A DNA stretch of 64,000 bases from NCBI GenBank assembly GCA_964607825.1, contig CAZSNA010000002.1, positions 39,770-103,769 on the forward strand. Direction: 5' to 3'. The notes beneath the pieces are model-generated. The model was not told the DNA's origin. It saw only the letters and a program-made list of their open reading frames with translations, and did no database searches. The position numbers and the translations under genes are program-made. This document shows, in pieces, positions 46,323-54,760 of this stretch (positions are counted from its first letter, which is position 1; the number at the start of each line of letters is the position of its first letter). Source of the DNA: an uncultured Fibrobacteraceae bacterium. Lineage in GTDB: Bacteria; Krumholzibacteriota; Krumholzibacteriia; LZORAL124-64-63.

Positions 46323-48044
46323 ATGCCTCGTGGCTCCCATCTCGTCTTGTTTCTAGCCCTGTATCTGTGCATGTCCAGCGCGTTGTGCCCGGCCGCGGCC
46401 GGCGACGAGGTCGGCCGCGAGGAGGCCGCGGAGATCGCGCGTCGCTGGGCCGGGTCCGTGGCGGCCCATCAGGGGGACTGGGCCGGCGCCGCCGCGCCGA
46501 CGGTGGGCGGGATCGAGCCCCTGCGCGAGGACGGCGTCCTGCTCGGCTGGCGCTGCCGCATGGTGCCCGACGGCTGGGTGATCGTCCCCGCGCGTCGCGA
46601 GCTGGCGCCGGTGAAGGCCTGCGCCGAGCACGGCGACGGCGGCGGCCTGGCCGGACTGGTCCTGGACGACCTGCACGATCGCGTCGCGTACCTGGGCCGG
46701 GTCGCCGCGGACGCCCGGTCGCCGCATCCGGGCTGGGCGCGCCTGCTGTCGTCGTCGCCGGCGGCCAAGAGCGCCGCCGAGACCGTAGGTCCCCTGCTGA
46801 CGACCCGCTGGCACCAGGGCTGGCCCTACAACGAGCTCTGCCCGGACGGCGACGGCGGCCGCACCTTCGTGGGCTGCACCGCCCTGGCCGCCGCCCAGCT
46901 CATGCGCTACCACGGCTGGCCCGTGCGGGGCCGCGGCGAGATCGCCTACTGGTGGGACGGGGACCGCGGCTGCAGCGGCGACTCCCCGGGCGACACCCTG
47001 CGGGCCGACTTCACCGATCCCTACGACTGGTCGGCCATGGGCGAGGCCGTCGGGTCGGAGGATCCGCCCGAGAGCCGCGCGGCCGTGGCCGAGCTCTGCT
47101 ACGAGACCGCCGCGGCCTGCCGGATGGACTTCAGCGCCTGCGGTTCGGGGGCCTCCCTGTCCAGGGCGCGCGCGGCGCTCGTCGGCACCTTCCGCTACCT
47201 CGACGCGGCCAGGGAGCGCCAGCGGTTCCACATGAGCGACGAGGCCTGGTTCGACCTGATCCGCAACGACCTGGACCGCGGCCTGCCCCTGCTCTACGCC
47301 TCGACCATCCACACCATGGTCTGCGACGGCTGGCGCGAGATCGACGGCCTGCGCCAGGTGCACATCAACTACGGCTGGGGCGGCGACGGCGACGGCTGGT
47401 TCGCCCTGGACGCCATCGAGACCTCCCTCAACCCCCAGGCCGAACGCCTGGTCCACGACCTGCAGCCGGACACGGCCACGCCCATCGCGCTGGACGCCTT
47501 CGTCGCGGAGCGCATCCCGCGCGGCGCCCGGTTGACCTGGGAGGTGGGGGCGTTCGACGACGTGGACGGCCTGCACGTCTGGCGCGAGGACGCGGGCGGT
47601 TCGCGGTCCAGGCTCACCGACGAACACCTGATGATCCGCGAGACCATGACCTGGACCGACCCGTCGCCGCCCGTCGCCCGCGCCGAGTACTGGCTGCAGG
47701 CGATCTCCGGCGGAGGCGGCGCGGGCTGGCACGGGCCGGCGCCGCTGCCGCCGCTCGACGACGAGTCGATCCGCACCCTGCTGTCGCCGGTGGTCAACAC
47801 CGGAGGACCGGTCTCCACCCTGTCGCTGCGGCTCGCCCGGCCGGGACGGGTGAGGGCCGACGTGGTGGACGTGCGCGGTCGGCGCACGGCCAGGCTCCTC
47901 GACGAGCTCCGACCGGTGGGCGAGACCAACCTGAGCTGGAACGGCCGCACCGACGACGGGCGCTCGGCGCCCAGCGGGGTCTACCTGGTGCGGGTGGAGG
48001 TCCACGGGCGGGTCTGGACGGAAAAAGTCGTGCTGGCCCGTTGA
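46323..48044 (+). CDS. peptidase C10 (streptopain-like) family cysteine protease with FlgD-Ig/T9SS-type C-terminal domain
   Basis: ATG 46323. Signal peptide. Prodomain; TTRWHQGWPYNELCP; catalytic Cys context TFVGCTALAAAQLMRYHGWP; His context HTMVCDGW...HINYGWGG. C-terminal beta-sandwich ...GVYLVRVEV...VVLAR. Confidence 0.8.
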   Translation: MPRGSHLVLFLALYLCMSSALCPAAAGDEVGREEAAEIARRWAGSVAAHQGDWAGAAAPTVGGIEPLREDGVLLGWRCRMVPDGWVIVPARRELAPVKACAEHGDGGGLAGLVLDDLHDRVAYLGRVAADARSPHPGWARLLSSSPAAKSAAETVGPLLTTRWHQGWPYNELCPDGDGGRTFVGCTALAAAQLMRYHGWPVRGRGEIAYWWDGDRGCSGDSPGDTLRADFTDPYDWSAMGEAVGSEDPPESRAAVAELCYETAAACRMDFSACGSGASLSRARAALVGTFRYLDAARERQRFHMSDEAWFDLIRNDLDRGLPLLYASTIHTMVCDGWREIDGLRQVHINYGWGGDGDGWFALDAIETSLNPQAERLVHDLQPDTATPIALDAFVAERIPRGARLTWEVGAFDDVDGLHVWREDAGGSRSRLTDEHLMIRETMTWTDPSPPVARAEYWLQAISGGGGAGWHGPAPLPPLDDESIRTLLSPVVNTGGPVSTLSLRLARPGRVRADVVDVRGRRTARLLDELRPVGETNLSWNGRTDDGRSAPSGVYLVRVEVHGRVWTEKVVLAR

Positions 48045-48182
48045 AAAGAACCCTGCAGGACGCCGAATCGTGCTATGATCCCCGTGACATCCGGAGCGTC
48101 CGTCCGTCCCGCTGCGGCCCGCATCTCGGCTGACATCGGTGCGGGGCCGACGAGACCTCCCTGATCGGCACCCTAGGGATCA

Positions 48183-49934
48183 ATGACTTCTCGCCCACTC
48201 GCCCGCCTGCTGCTGTTCACGGCGTTCGCCCTCATCGGTGCGACCGCGGCTTTCGCCGCGGCCGTTGACGACGACCTCGCCGGCCGCGTGGCGCGCAACT
48301 GGGTGCGCGCCGTGGAGCACGGCCTGGGGACCTGGGGCGGCCGGACCACGCCGATGGTCCACGAGCGGGAGCCCCTCCAGCGGGACGGTCGGCTGCTCGG
48401 CTACCTGTTCCGGGTGGCGCCGCGGGGCTACGTACTGGTGCCCCCCAGCCGCGAGCTCTCGCCCATCACCGCCTACAGCGAGACCGCCCACATGACCGGC
48501 CGGGAGCCCGAGGGGATCTTCGATTTCCTGGGCGACGCCCTGGCCGACCGCCTCGACGCCCTGGAGTCCGGCCTCGGCGTCGGCGAGCATCCCGCCTGGG
48601 ACCGTCTGGGCCTGCCCGAGGACGAGTTCGAGTCCCTCCTGGCCGCCAAGGACGAGGACTGGGAAGGCGCCGGCCCCCTGGTCACGTCCCAGTGGCACCA
48701 GGGCTGGCCCTACAACACGCTCTGCCCCGTGGGCAGCGGCGACGCCCGCACCTTCGTGGGCTGCACCGGCCTGGCGCTCGCCCAGATCCTGCGTCACCAC
48801 AACTGGCCCATGCGCGGCTACGGCAACGTGTCCTACTGGTGGGACGGCGACGCCGATTGCGGCAGCGGCTCGCCCGGCGAGGACGTCGAGGTCAACTTCA
48901 TGGTGCCCCACGACTGGCAACAGATGCCCGACGTCGTGGACTGGCTCTCCTCCCCGGAGGAGCAGTACGCGGTGTCCGAGCTCTGCTACCACGTGGCCGC
49001 CGCCCTGTGGACCGACTTCAGCACCTGCGGCTCGGAGGCCTCCCTGTCGCGCGCCAGCGCCACGCTCGTGAACCACTTCAACTACCGGTACGGCGCCCGC
49101 GAGCACCTCCGCTTCCGTTATCCGGACTCCGTCTGGTTCGCGATGATCCGGGGCGAGATCGACGCCGGCGCGCCGACGCTCTACGCCAGCACCATCCACA
49201 CCATGATCTGCGACGGCTGGCGCGAGGGGGAGGGGCTGCAGCACGTCCACATCAACTACGGCTGGGCCGGGGACAGCGACGGCTGGTACGCCCTCGACTC
49301 CATCGAGACCTCCCTCAACCCCTACGCCGAACGCATGGTCACCGGCATCCGGCCCAACGACACGGTGCAGACCCTGGTGCCGGAGTTCGAGGTGGAGCGC
49401 GACGGCCGCGACGCCAAGCTGAAGTGGGAGCTCGACACCCTCGACCCGACGACCGGCTTCCACGTCTGGTGCGGACTGGCGCCCGGCGAGATGGAGCCGA
49501 TCACGACGACCGCCCTGACCGGCGCCACCGATTACGAGTGGTACGACACGGCCGCACCGCGGGGGGACTGCTACTACAAGCTGGAGATGATCCCGCCCGG
49601 GGGCGGACTCTCGATATGGATCGGTCCGGAGGCCTGTCCGTCCGCCGTGGTGATCGACGACCAGATCGTGCCCATGCTGGGTCCGAACCCCTTCAACCCC
49701 ATGACCGAGATCCGCTTCGACCTGCCCCGCGAGGCCCCGGTCCGCGCGGAGATCTTCGATCTGGCCGGCCGCCGCCTGCGGACCCTCGTCGACGGCATGC
49801 TCCCGCCCGGTCCGCAGCGCACCGTCTGGGACGGTCGCGACGCCGCCGGGCGTCACGCGCCCTCGGGACATTATCTCCTGCGGCTGACCGTCGACGGCAC
49901 CCCGTCCGTCGCCAAGCTCATCCTCGCTCGCTGA
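48183..49934 (+). CDS. peptidase C10 (streptopain-like) family cysteine protease paralog with T9SS-type CTD
   Basis: Same motifs as the upstream paralog: TSQWHQGWPYNTLCP, TFVGCTGLALAQILRHHNWP, HTMICDGW...HINYGWAG. C-terminal GPNPFNPMTEIRFDL...GHYLLRL...LILAR. Confidence 0.85.
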   Translation: MTSRPLARLLLFTAFALIGATAAFAAAVDDDLAGRVARNWVRAVEHGLGTWGGRTTPMVHEREPLQRDGRLLGYLFRVAPRGYVLVPPSRELSPITAYSETAHMTGREPEGIFDFLGDALADRLDALESGLGVGEHPAWDRLGLPEDEFESLLAAKDEDWEGAGPLVTSQWHQGWPYNTLCPVGSGDARTFVGCTGLALAQILRHHNWPMRGYGNVSYWWDGDADCGSGSPGEDVEVNFMVPHDWQQMPDVVDWLSSPEEQYAVSELCYHVAAALWTDFSTCGSEASLSRASATLVNHFNYRYGAREHLRFRYPDSVWFAMIRGEIDAGAPTLYASTIHTMICDGWREGEGLQHVHINYGWAGDSDGWYALDSIETSLNPYAERMVTGIRPNDTVQTLVPEFEVERDGRDAKLKWELDTLDPTTGFHVWCGLAPGEMEPITTTALTGATDYEWYDTAAPRGDCYYKLEMIPPGGGLSIWIGPEACPSAVVIDDQIVPMLGPNPFNPMTEIRFDLPREAPVRAEIFDLAGRRLRTLVDGMLPPGPQRTVWDGRDAAGRHAPSGHYLLRLTVDGTPSVAKLILAR

Positions 49935-50616
49935 CCAGCTTGTATCCCACCCCGTGGACGGTCACGATGTGGCCGGGCCTGCCCGCGTCCGCCTCGAGGA
50001 TCTTGCGCAGGTTCAGGATGAAGTTGTCGACGGTGCGGGTGGTGGGGTAGGCGTCGTAGCCCCAGACGCGGTCGAGGATGACGCGGCGCGAGACGGCCTC
50101 GCCCGCCTTCTCCAACAGCACGCGCAGGATCAGGGCCTCCTTCTCCTTCAGCGTGAACTCGCCGCGGGGGTTGACCACGCTCAGGCGCGCCAGATCGATC
50201 TCGTTGTCGCCGAGGGTCAGGCGGGTCGGCGCGGACCGCTCGGTGCGCCATTCCTCGCGCCGGAAGATGCCCTTGATGCGGGCCAGCAGCTCGCGGAGGT
50301 TGAAGGGCTTGGTGATGTAGTCGTCGCCGCCGGTCTCCAGGCCGCGGACGCGTTCGTCGTCGCGGCCGCGGGCGGTGAGGAAGAGCACCGGCACGCGGTC
50401 GCCCGCGTCGCGGATGCGGCGGCAGAACTCGAAGCCGTCCATGCCGGGCAGCATCACGTCCAGCACGATCAGGTCGATGCCGCCGCGCTTCCAGAACCGC
50501 AGACCCTCCTCGCCGGAGTCGGCCAGCACCGGCTCGTAGCCCTCCAGCTCGAAGTTCAGGCGCAGCCCGTCGGCCAGGTGCGCGTCGTCCTCGACCACCA
50601 GGATCCGTCGCTTCAT
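49918..50616 (-). CDS. OmpR-family response regulator
   Basis: ATG 50616 overlaps the kinase stop as ATGA. Receiver ILVVEDDAHL...DLIVLDVMLPGMDG. Winged-helix C-domain ...TVHGVGYKL. Confidence 0.9.
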   Translation of the reverse strand: MKRRILVVEDDAHLADGLRLNFELEGYEPVLADSGEEGLRFWKRGGIDLIVLDVMLPGMDGFEFCRRIRDAGDRVPVLFLTARGRDDERVRGLETGGDDYITKPFNLRELLARIKGIFRREEWRTERSAPTRLTLGDNEIDLARLSVVNPRGEFTLKEKEALILRVLLEKAGEAVSRRVILDRVWGYDAYPTTRTVDNFILNLRKILEADAGRPGHIVTVHGVGYKLVSERG

Positions 50617-51695
50617 GTGCGTTCCTCTTCCCGGACGGGCAGGACCAGGGTGAAGGTCGCGCCGCGTCCCTCCTCGCTCTCCAGTTCGATGGCGCCGCCC
50701 AGGGCCTCGGCGTTGCGCTTCGCCAGGTGGAGGCCCAGGCCGCTGCCGGGCGTCCCGGCGTCGCCGCGGTAGAAGCTGTCGAAGATGCGGCCGCGCTCGC
50801 GACGGGGCACGCCGGGGCCCTCGTCGCTCACGCCCAGGCGGTGACGTCCCTCGCGCGTCTCCAGGGTCAGGCGCACCCGGCCGTCGCCGTGGACCACCGC
50901 GTTGTGGAGCAGGTTGCGCAGGGCCACGCGCAGGGCCCGGCGGTCGCCGTGGACCAGGCGGCCCGCGGACAGGTCGCGTGTCACGTCGGCGCCGCGCTCC
51001 TCCAGGAAGGGCCCCAGGGACGCCAGCAGGTCCTCGGTCTCCTCGGCCAGGTCGAGGGTCTCGGGGCGGCGGCACAGGTCGTCCTCGTCGCGGCTGAGGG
51101 CGAGGATCTGCTCCATCATGGCCTCGAGGCGCTCGATGTCGGTGGTCAGCGCGCCGTGGATGCGACGGCGGTCCGCTTCGTCCAGGTCGGTCCGCTCCAG
51201 GGTCTCCGTGTAGAGGCGGATGCAGGTCAGGGGCGTCTTGAGCTCGTGGGTGGCGCCGGCCAGGAAGAGCTCGCGGGCCCGCTTGAACTCGCGCTCCCGC
51301 CGGAAGGCCAGGGTCAGGATGGTCGTGCCCGCGATCAGCAGCGCCAGGAAGAAGATGCCCTCGCCCTGGAACATGCGGTTGCGGCGGCGGGCCTCGTCCC
51401 GGATGGCCCGGGTGACCTCGGGGTCGACGCTCACGGTCCAGCCGCCCCCGTCGGCCCGCTCGAAACGCAGGTGGGGATAGCTCTCGCCCAGGGCCGCCCG
51501 GGGGTCGCTCGCCACGCGTCCGTCCAGCTCCAGCAGGAAGACGGCGTGCAGGCGGTCGGTGGCCAGGCGCTGGAGCTGATACCGCTCGTAGGTCCGCCCC
51601 TCGCGGTGGATGTAGTAGGTCCACCACGCGCCCATGGCCAGGATGAGGACGACCAGGATCGCGTAGAGCAGTCCCAGGCGGCGATGCCACGTCAT
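50613..51695 (-). CDS. sensor histidine kinase (2 TM, HisKA + HATPase_c)
   Basis: H-box GATHELKTPLT, N-box LRNLLHNAVVHG, G-boxes DEGPGVP and GSGLGLHLA. Confidence 0.85.
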   Translation of the reverse strand: MTWHRRLGLLYAILVVLILAMGAWWTYYIHREGRTYERYQLQRLATDRLHAVFLLELDGRVASDPRAALGESYPHLRFERADGGGWTVSVDPEVTRAIRDEARRRNRMFQGEGIFFLALLIAGTTILTLAFRREREFKRARELFLAGATHELKTPLTCIRLYTETLERTDLDEADRRRIHGALTTDIERLEAMMEQILALSRDEDDLCRRPETLDLAEETEDLLASLGPFLEERGADVTRDLSAGRLVHGDRRALRVALRNLLHNAVVHGDGRVRLTLETREGRHRLGVSDEGPGVPRRERGRIFDSFYRGDAGTPGSGLGLHLAKRNAEALGGAIELESEEGRGATFTLVLPVREEERT

Positions 51696-51939
51696 GTCGC
51701 GTCCGATCGGGAGGGTCGGGGTTCGTTCACGGGCCCGAATATAGCAGCGCCTCGCGTGCGCGTCACCCGCGGGGGACGGCGCACGAGGCGACGGAGCCGG
51801 CCGTTGGCGCTTCGGCCGGGACGCGGCCGTCGGAATGCCGTTCCGAGGGCGGCTTTTCCGCCGGATCCTCGCGGGCCCGATCCTTGCCCCCGCGATTCCC
51901 GTTCACACGACGGGATCCATCGCACACGGGAGGTGCCCC

Positions 51940-52122
51940 ATGAAGGACGGACGAAGCGCGGAGGTGCAGGAGACGCTGGCGCGTCTCGGCATCGAGGAGG
52001 TGACCGAGCGGCTGGAGATCAGTCCGCTGCTGGCGAGCGACGACGGCGCGCTGGAAGACCCCACGCCGTGCTGCCACTGCGTCTGCAAGTACGTGCCGAT
52101 CGAACTGCCGAGAACGTACTGA
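51940..52122 (+). CDS. 60-aa Cys-rich peptide (candidate RiPP/signal precursor)
   Basis: ATG 51940 lies 4 nt after GGGAGGTG. The sequence is MKDGRSAEVQETLARLGIEEVTERLEISPLLASDDGALEDPTPCCHCVCKYVPIELPRTY. It has an acidic helical leader-like N-half and a CCHCVC core at 52069-52086. Its stop overlaps the next start (TGATG). Confidence 0.5.
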   Translation: MKDGRSAEVQETLARLGIEEVTERLEISPLLASDDGALEDPTPCCHCVCKYVPIELPRTY

Positions 52123-53264
52123 TGACGTCACGGAGCCGCGGGCGCGGCACGACCGCGCCCGCCTCCGGCGCCTCCGGACGCGAGAGCTGGGCCCTGTGGA
52201 CGCTGTGGGCTCTGAAGCCCGACGCCACCGCGGCCACCCTGTCGATCCTGCGCGCCCGCCGTCGCGCGCTGGCCGAACTGGAGCACCGGGTGCTGGTCGA
52301 GGGCCGCGGCGACGCGGCGCGACTGTTCGCCGACGCCCGCGCCGTGCTGGACGCCGAGCCCGGGCTGCGCCGCGGCGTGATCGCCACCCTGCACATGGGG
52401 CCGTACACCCTGGTGCCCGCCCTGCTCGTGGCCGCCGGCGATCGACCCGCCGTGGTGCTGGACGCCGCGGCCGAAGAGGCGATCCGGCCCCGCGCCGAGG
52501 CCCAGCGCCGCCGCCTGGGCCTGCCCGGCGAGGTGGAGTGGATCGTGGTGGATCGACCCCTGTTCGCGCGCGCCCTGTTGCGGGCCCTGCGCGCGTCGCG
52601 CCCGGTGGTGGTCTACCTGGACGGCAACCGCGGCGCCGGCGGTCCCGCCGCCACCCGCGACCACGGCCTGGCCTACGCCCTGCCCGGACGCAGGCTGCGA
52701 CTTCGCACCGGCCTGGCCCGCCTGATCGCCCGCACCGGCGTACCGGTCCACGGCGTCGCCCCGCGCTGGCGCGACGACGGGACCATCGACTGGAGCGTCC
52801 GTCGTCTGGGTCCCTGGTCCGACGGCGAGTCGCCCGAGCACATCACCCGCGATCTCTACGACTGGATGTTCACGCAGATCGACGCCACGCCGGAGCAGTG
52901 GTCGTACTGGGGGATGCTCGCCGCCTCCAGCGACTGCTTCGCGACCCGCAACCTGGCGGTGAGCGGCCCCCGCGACCACGCCCGGCGCAACGCCATCTTC
53001 CTGGACCACCTGGTCCGCCGCCCGCGGGACGCCCGGCTGGCGCTCACCGCGCGCGTCGAGGTCTGGGAGCCCGACGTGCTGGTCGACCTGGACCGCGACG
53101 CCTTCTACGGCGCGGAGGGCCTGCGCGACGGCGACCTCGACCTGCTGCGCGACGCCGAGCCCAGCCTGGCCGACCTGATCGAGCGGTGCGGCCGCGAGTG
53201 GGTCGGCTTCCACGGCCGCCGCCTCTACCTGCTCGGCCTGGCGGACCTGCGGACGGAGCCGTGA
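52122..53264 (+). CDS. LpxL/HtrB-like (lysophospholipid acyltransferase superfamily) acyltransferase homolog
   Basis: ATG 52122 is in frame inside a long shadow-extended ORF. ATLHMGPYTL resembles the H-box of LpxL. VVYLDGNRG...YALPGRRLRLRTGLARLIARTGVPVHGVAPRW resembles the D..FFG...T.G.A.LA...A.VVP block. ATPEQWSYWGML resembles APEQYMWLHRRFK. Confidence 0.65.
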   Translation: MTSRSRGRGTTAPASGASGRESWALWTLWALKPDATAATLSILRARRRALAELEHRVLVEGRGDAARLFADARAVLDAEPGLRRGVIATLHMGPYTLVPALLVAAGDRPAVVLDAAAEEAIRPRAEAQRRRLGLPGEVEWIVVDRPLFARALLRALRASRPVVVYLDGNRGAGGPAATRDHGLAYALPGRRLRLRTGLARLIARTGVPVHGVAPRWRDDGTIDWSVRRLGPWSDGESPEHITRDLYDWMFTQIDATPEQWSYWGMLAASSDCFATRNLAVSGPRDHARRNAIFLDHLVRRPRDARLALTARVEVWEPDVLVDLDRDAFYGAEGLRDGDLDLLRDAEPSLADLIERCGREWVGFHGRRLYLLGLADLRTEP

Positions 53265-54262
53265 CATCCCGGCGACGGATCATCCCGCAGCCCGGCGAGC
53301 GCTGGCTGCTGCGCGACGGCGGCCGCTGTTACGCGTTGCCGGCCTCGCTCGGGCGGCGGTTGCGGGACGGGGAGGCGGTGCCGGGGCTCGAGGCGGCGCT
53401 GGCGGAGACGACGGAGGCGACGGCCGGACGCTCGCTGTGGATCGCCTTGCCGCTCTTGCCTGCGCGGACGGTCGCCGCGCTGGCCTCCATCCTCGCGCCG
53501 GCCGCGTCCTGGGTCGGGCTGGCCGCGGCCGCGGTCGCGGGTGCGATCGGGTGCGCCTGGACCTGGGGGACGCCGGTCGCCGGCGTTCGCTGGCCGATTG
53601 TCGTGGCGGCCCTGCTCGCCGCCGGCCTCGTCCATGAGCTCGGCCACGCGGCGGCCCTGGTCCGCGGGGGCGGCCGGCCCGGCGCCGTCGGTGTGGGCGC
53701 GCTGTTCGTGTTCCCCGTCCTGTTCTGCGACGTCACCGCCGCCGCGTTGCTGTCACGCGCCGATCGGGCGCGAGTGGACGTGGCCGGGGTCGCCTGGCAC
53801 CTGGCGGTCGGGGGGGCGCTGGCGGTCGCGGGTCGCGGGCTCGACCTCCCCGGGCTGACCCTCGCCTCGTGGGGCGTCCTGGCCGCAGCGACGTGGAGCG
53901 CCCTGCCCTTCCTGCGCACCGACGGCTACTGGCTGCTCTGCGATCTGCTCGGACTCGAGGCGCTAGAATCGCCGGCGCCGGACGGGGCTGGGCTGGGTCT
54001 GCGGTACATGCTGGCGATGTGGCGGGTGGGGAGCCTCGTGTTTCTCGGGGTGATCGCGGCCGCGCTGGCGGAGCGGGGGTGGTGGTTGGTGGAGGCGTCG
54101 GAGGGGATGGGGGTGGAGGTGCGGGTGGGGATGGCGACGGTGGGGATTGGGCTCGCATGTCTCCTCGTGTACGGACTGGCGCGAAGATCCATCGCGATGA
54201 TCGTCGGGTTGCATAGGGATGTAGTTGAATTGTATGTACATAATAGGTACACTGGTACGTGA
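53261..54262 (+). CDS. polytopic M50-like (site-2-protease-type) zinc metalloprotease
   Basis: GTG 53261 overlaps the upstream stop (GTGA). Soluble N-terminal ~60 aa, then multiple TM helices. HELGH at 53633-53647 lies inside a TM segment. A later LPFLRTDGYWLLCDLLG (LDG-type) motif is present. Confidence 0.7.
   Translation: MTSRRRIIPQPGERWLLRDGGRCYALPASLGRRLRDGEAVPGLEAALAETTEATAGRSLWIALPLLPARTVAALASILAPAASWVGLAAAAVAGAIGCAWTWGTPVAGVRWPIVVAALLAAGLVHELGHAAALVRGGGRPGAVGVGALFVFPVLFCDVTAAALLSRADRARVDVAGVAWHLAVGGALAVAGRGLDLPGLTLASWGVLAAATWSALPFLRTDGYWLLCDLLGLEALESPAPDGAGLGLRYMLAMWRVGSLVFLGVIAAALAERGWWLVEASEGMGVEVRVGMATVGIGLACLLVYGLARRSIAMIVGLHRDVVELYVHNRYTGT
54225..54253 (+). promoter_or_regulatory. 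sigma70-like promoter with palindromic operator for brnTA
   Basis: TTGAAT (54225-54230), N17, TACACT (54248-54253). The perfect 10-bp palindrome TATGTACATA (54233-54242) lies in the spacer. This is an A/T-rich island inside the last codons of the M50-like gene. Confidence 0.35.
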
Positions 54263-54573
54263 CGGAGCCGAGGTTCGAATGGGATCGAAGCAAGGCCGTC
54301 CGGAACGAGGCCAAGCACGGGGTGACCTTCAGGGAGGCCGTGGGCGTGTTCGCGGACGAGAGCGGTCTGCTCATCCCGGATCCGGATCACGACAGGGGCG
54401 ATAAGCGGTATGTCCTGCTGGGGCTCGGCGCGTCGCTGCGACTGCTGATCGTGTGCCACGCCTACGACGACGAGCGGAACGTCGTCCGCCACATATCCGC
54501 ACGCAAGGCGACGCGAGCCGAGCGTGCCCAGTACGGAGTCCGATCGAATGCGCGAAAATTACGATTTCAGTGA
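54259..54573 (+). CDS. brnT: BrnT-family (DUF497) type II toxin
   Basis: GTG 54259 overlaps the upstream stop (GTGA). FEWDRSKAVRNEAKHGVTFREAVGVF...RYVLLG...LIVCHAY...RHISARKATRAER matches the BrnT pattern. Confidence 0.8.
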   Translation: MTEPRFEWDRSKAVRNEAKHGVTFREAVGVFADESGLLIPDPDHDRGDKRYVLLGLGASLRLLIVCHAYDDERNVVRHISARKATRAERAQYGVRSNARKLRFQ

Positions 54574-54757
54574 GGGCAAGCGGAATCCCTATTCCGGCCG
54601 GATCAAGAAGCAGATCACCATCCGGCTCGACGTGGGAACGGTCGAGTATTTCAAGGCGCTCTCCGAGGAGACCGGCATCCCGTATCAGACGCTGATCAAC
54701 CTGTACCTGCGGGATTGCGCGGCGGCCAAGCGCCGCCCGTCGCTGGAATGGGCCTGA
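54548..54757 (+). CDS. brnA: BrnA-family antitoxin (RHH/CopG-like)
   Basis: Start chosen at MRENYDFSEGKRNPY; an upstream in-frame ATG exists at 54524. ...ITIRLDVGTVEYFKALSEETGIPYQTLINLYLRDCA matches the BrnA pattern. It overlaps the brnT 3' end. Confidence 0.75.
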   Translation: MRENYDFSEGKRNPYSGRIKKQITIRLDVGTVEYFKALSEETGIPYQTLINLYLRDCAAAKRRPSLEWA

Positions 54758-54760
54758 CCC

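Noticed and set aside
51835-51939. 35-codon N-terminal extension of the small-peptide ORF (MPFRGRLFRR...).
   Set aside because: It has no RBS. The strong GGGAGGTG Shine-Dalgarno sits inside it, directly before the ATG at 51940.
51696-51939. CGTTCAC heptamer present twice (near 51741 and 51900) in the intergenic region between the two-component system and the peptide operon, considered as an OmpR-type binding site.
   Set aside because: The copies are about 160 bp apart. They are not arranged as the closely spaced direct repeats expected for OmpR-family binding, and a 7-mer recurrence is weak evidence.
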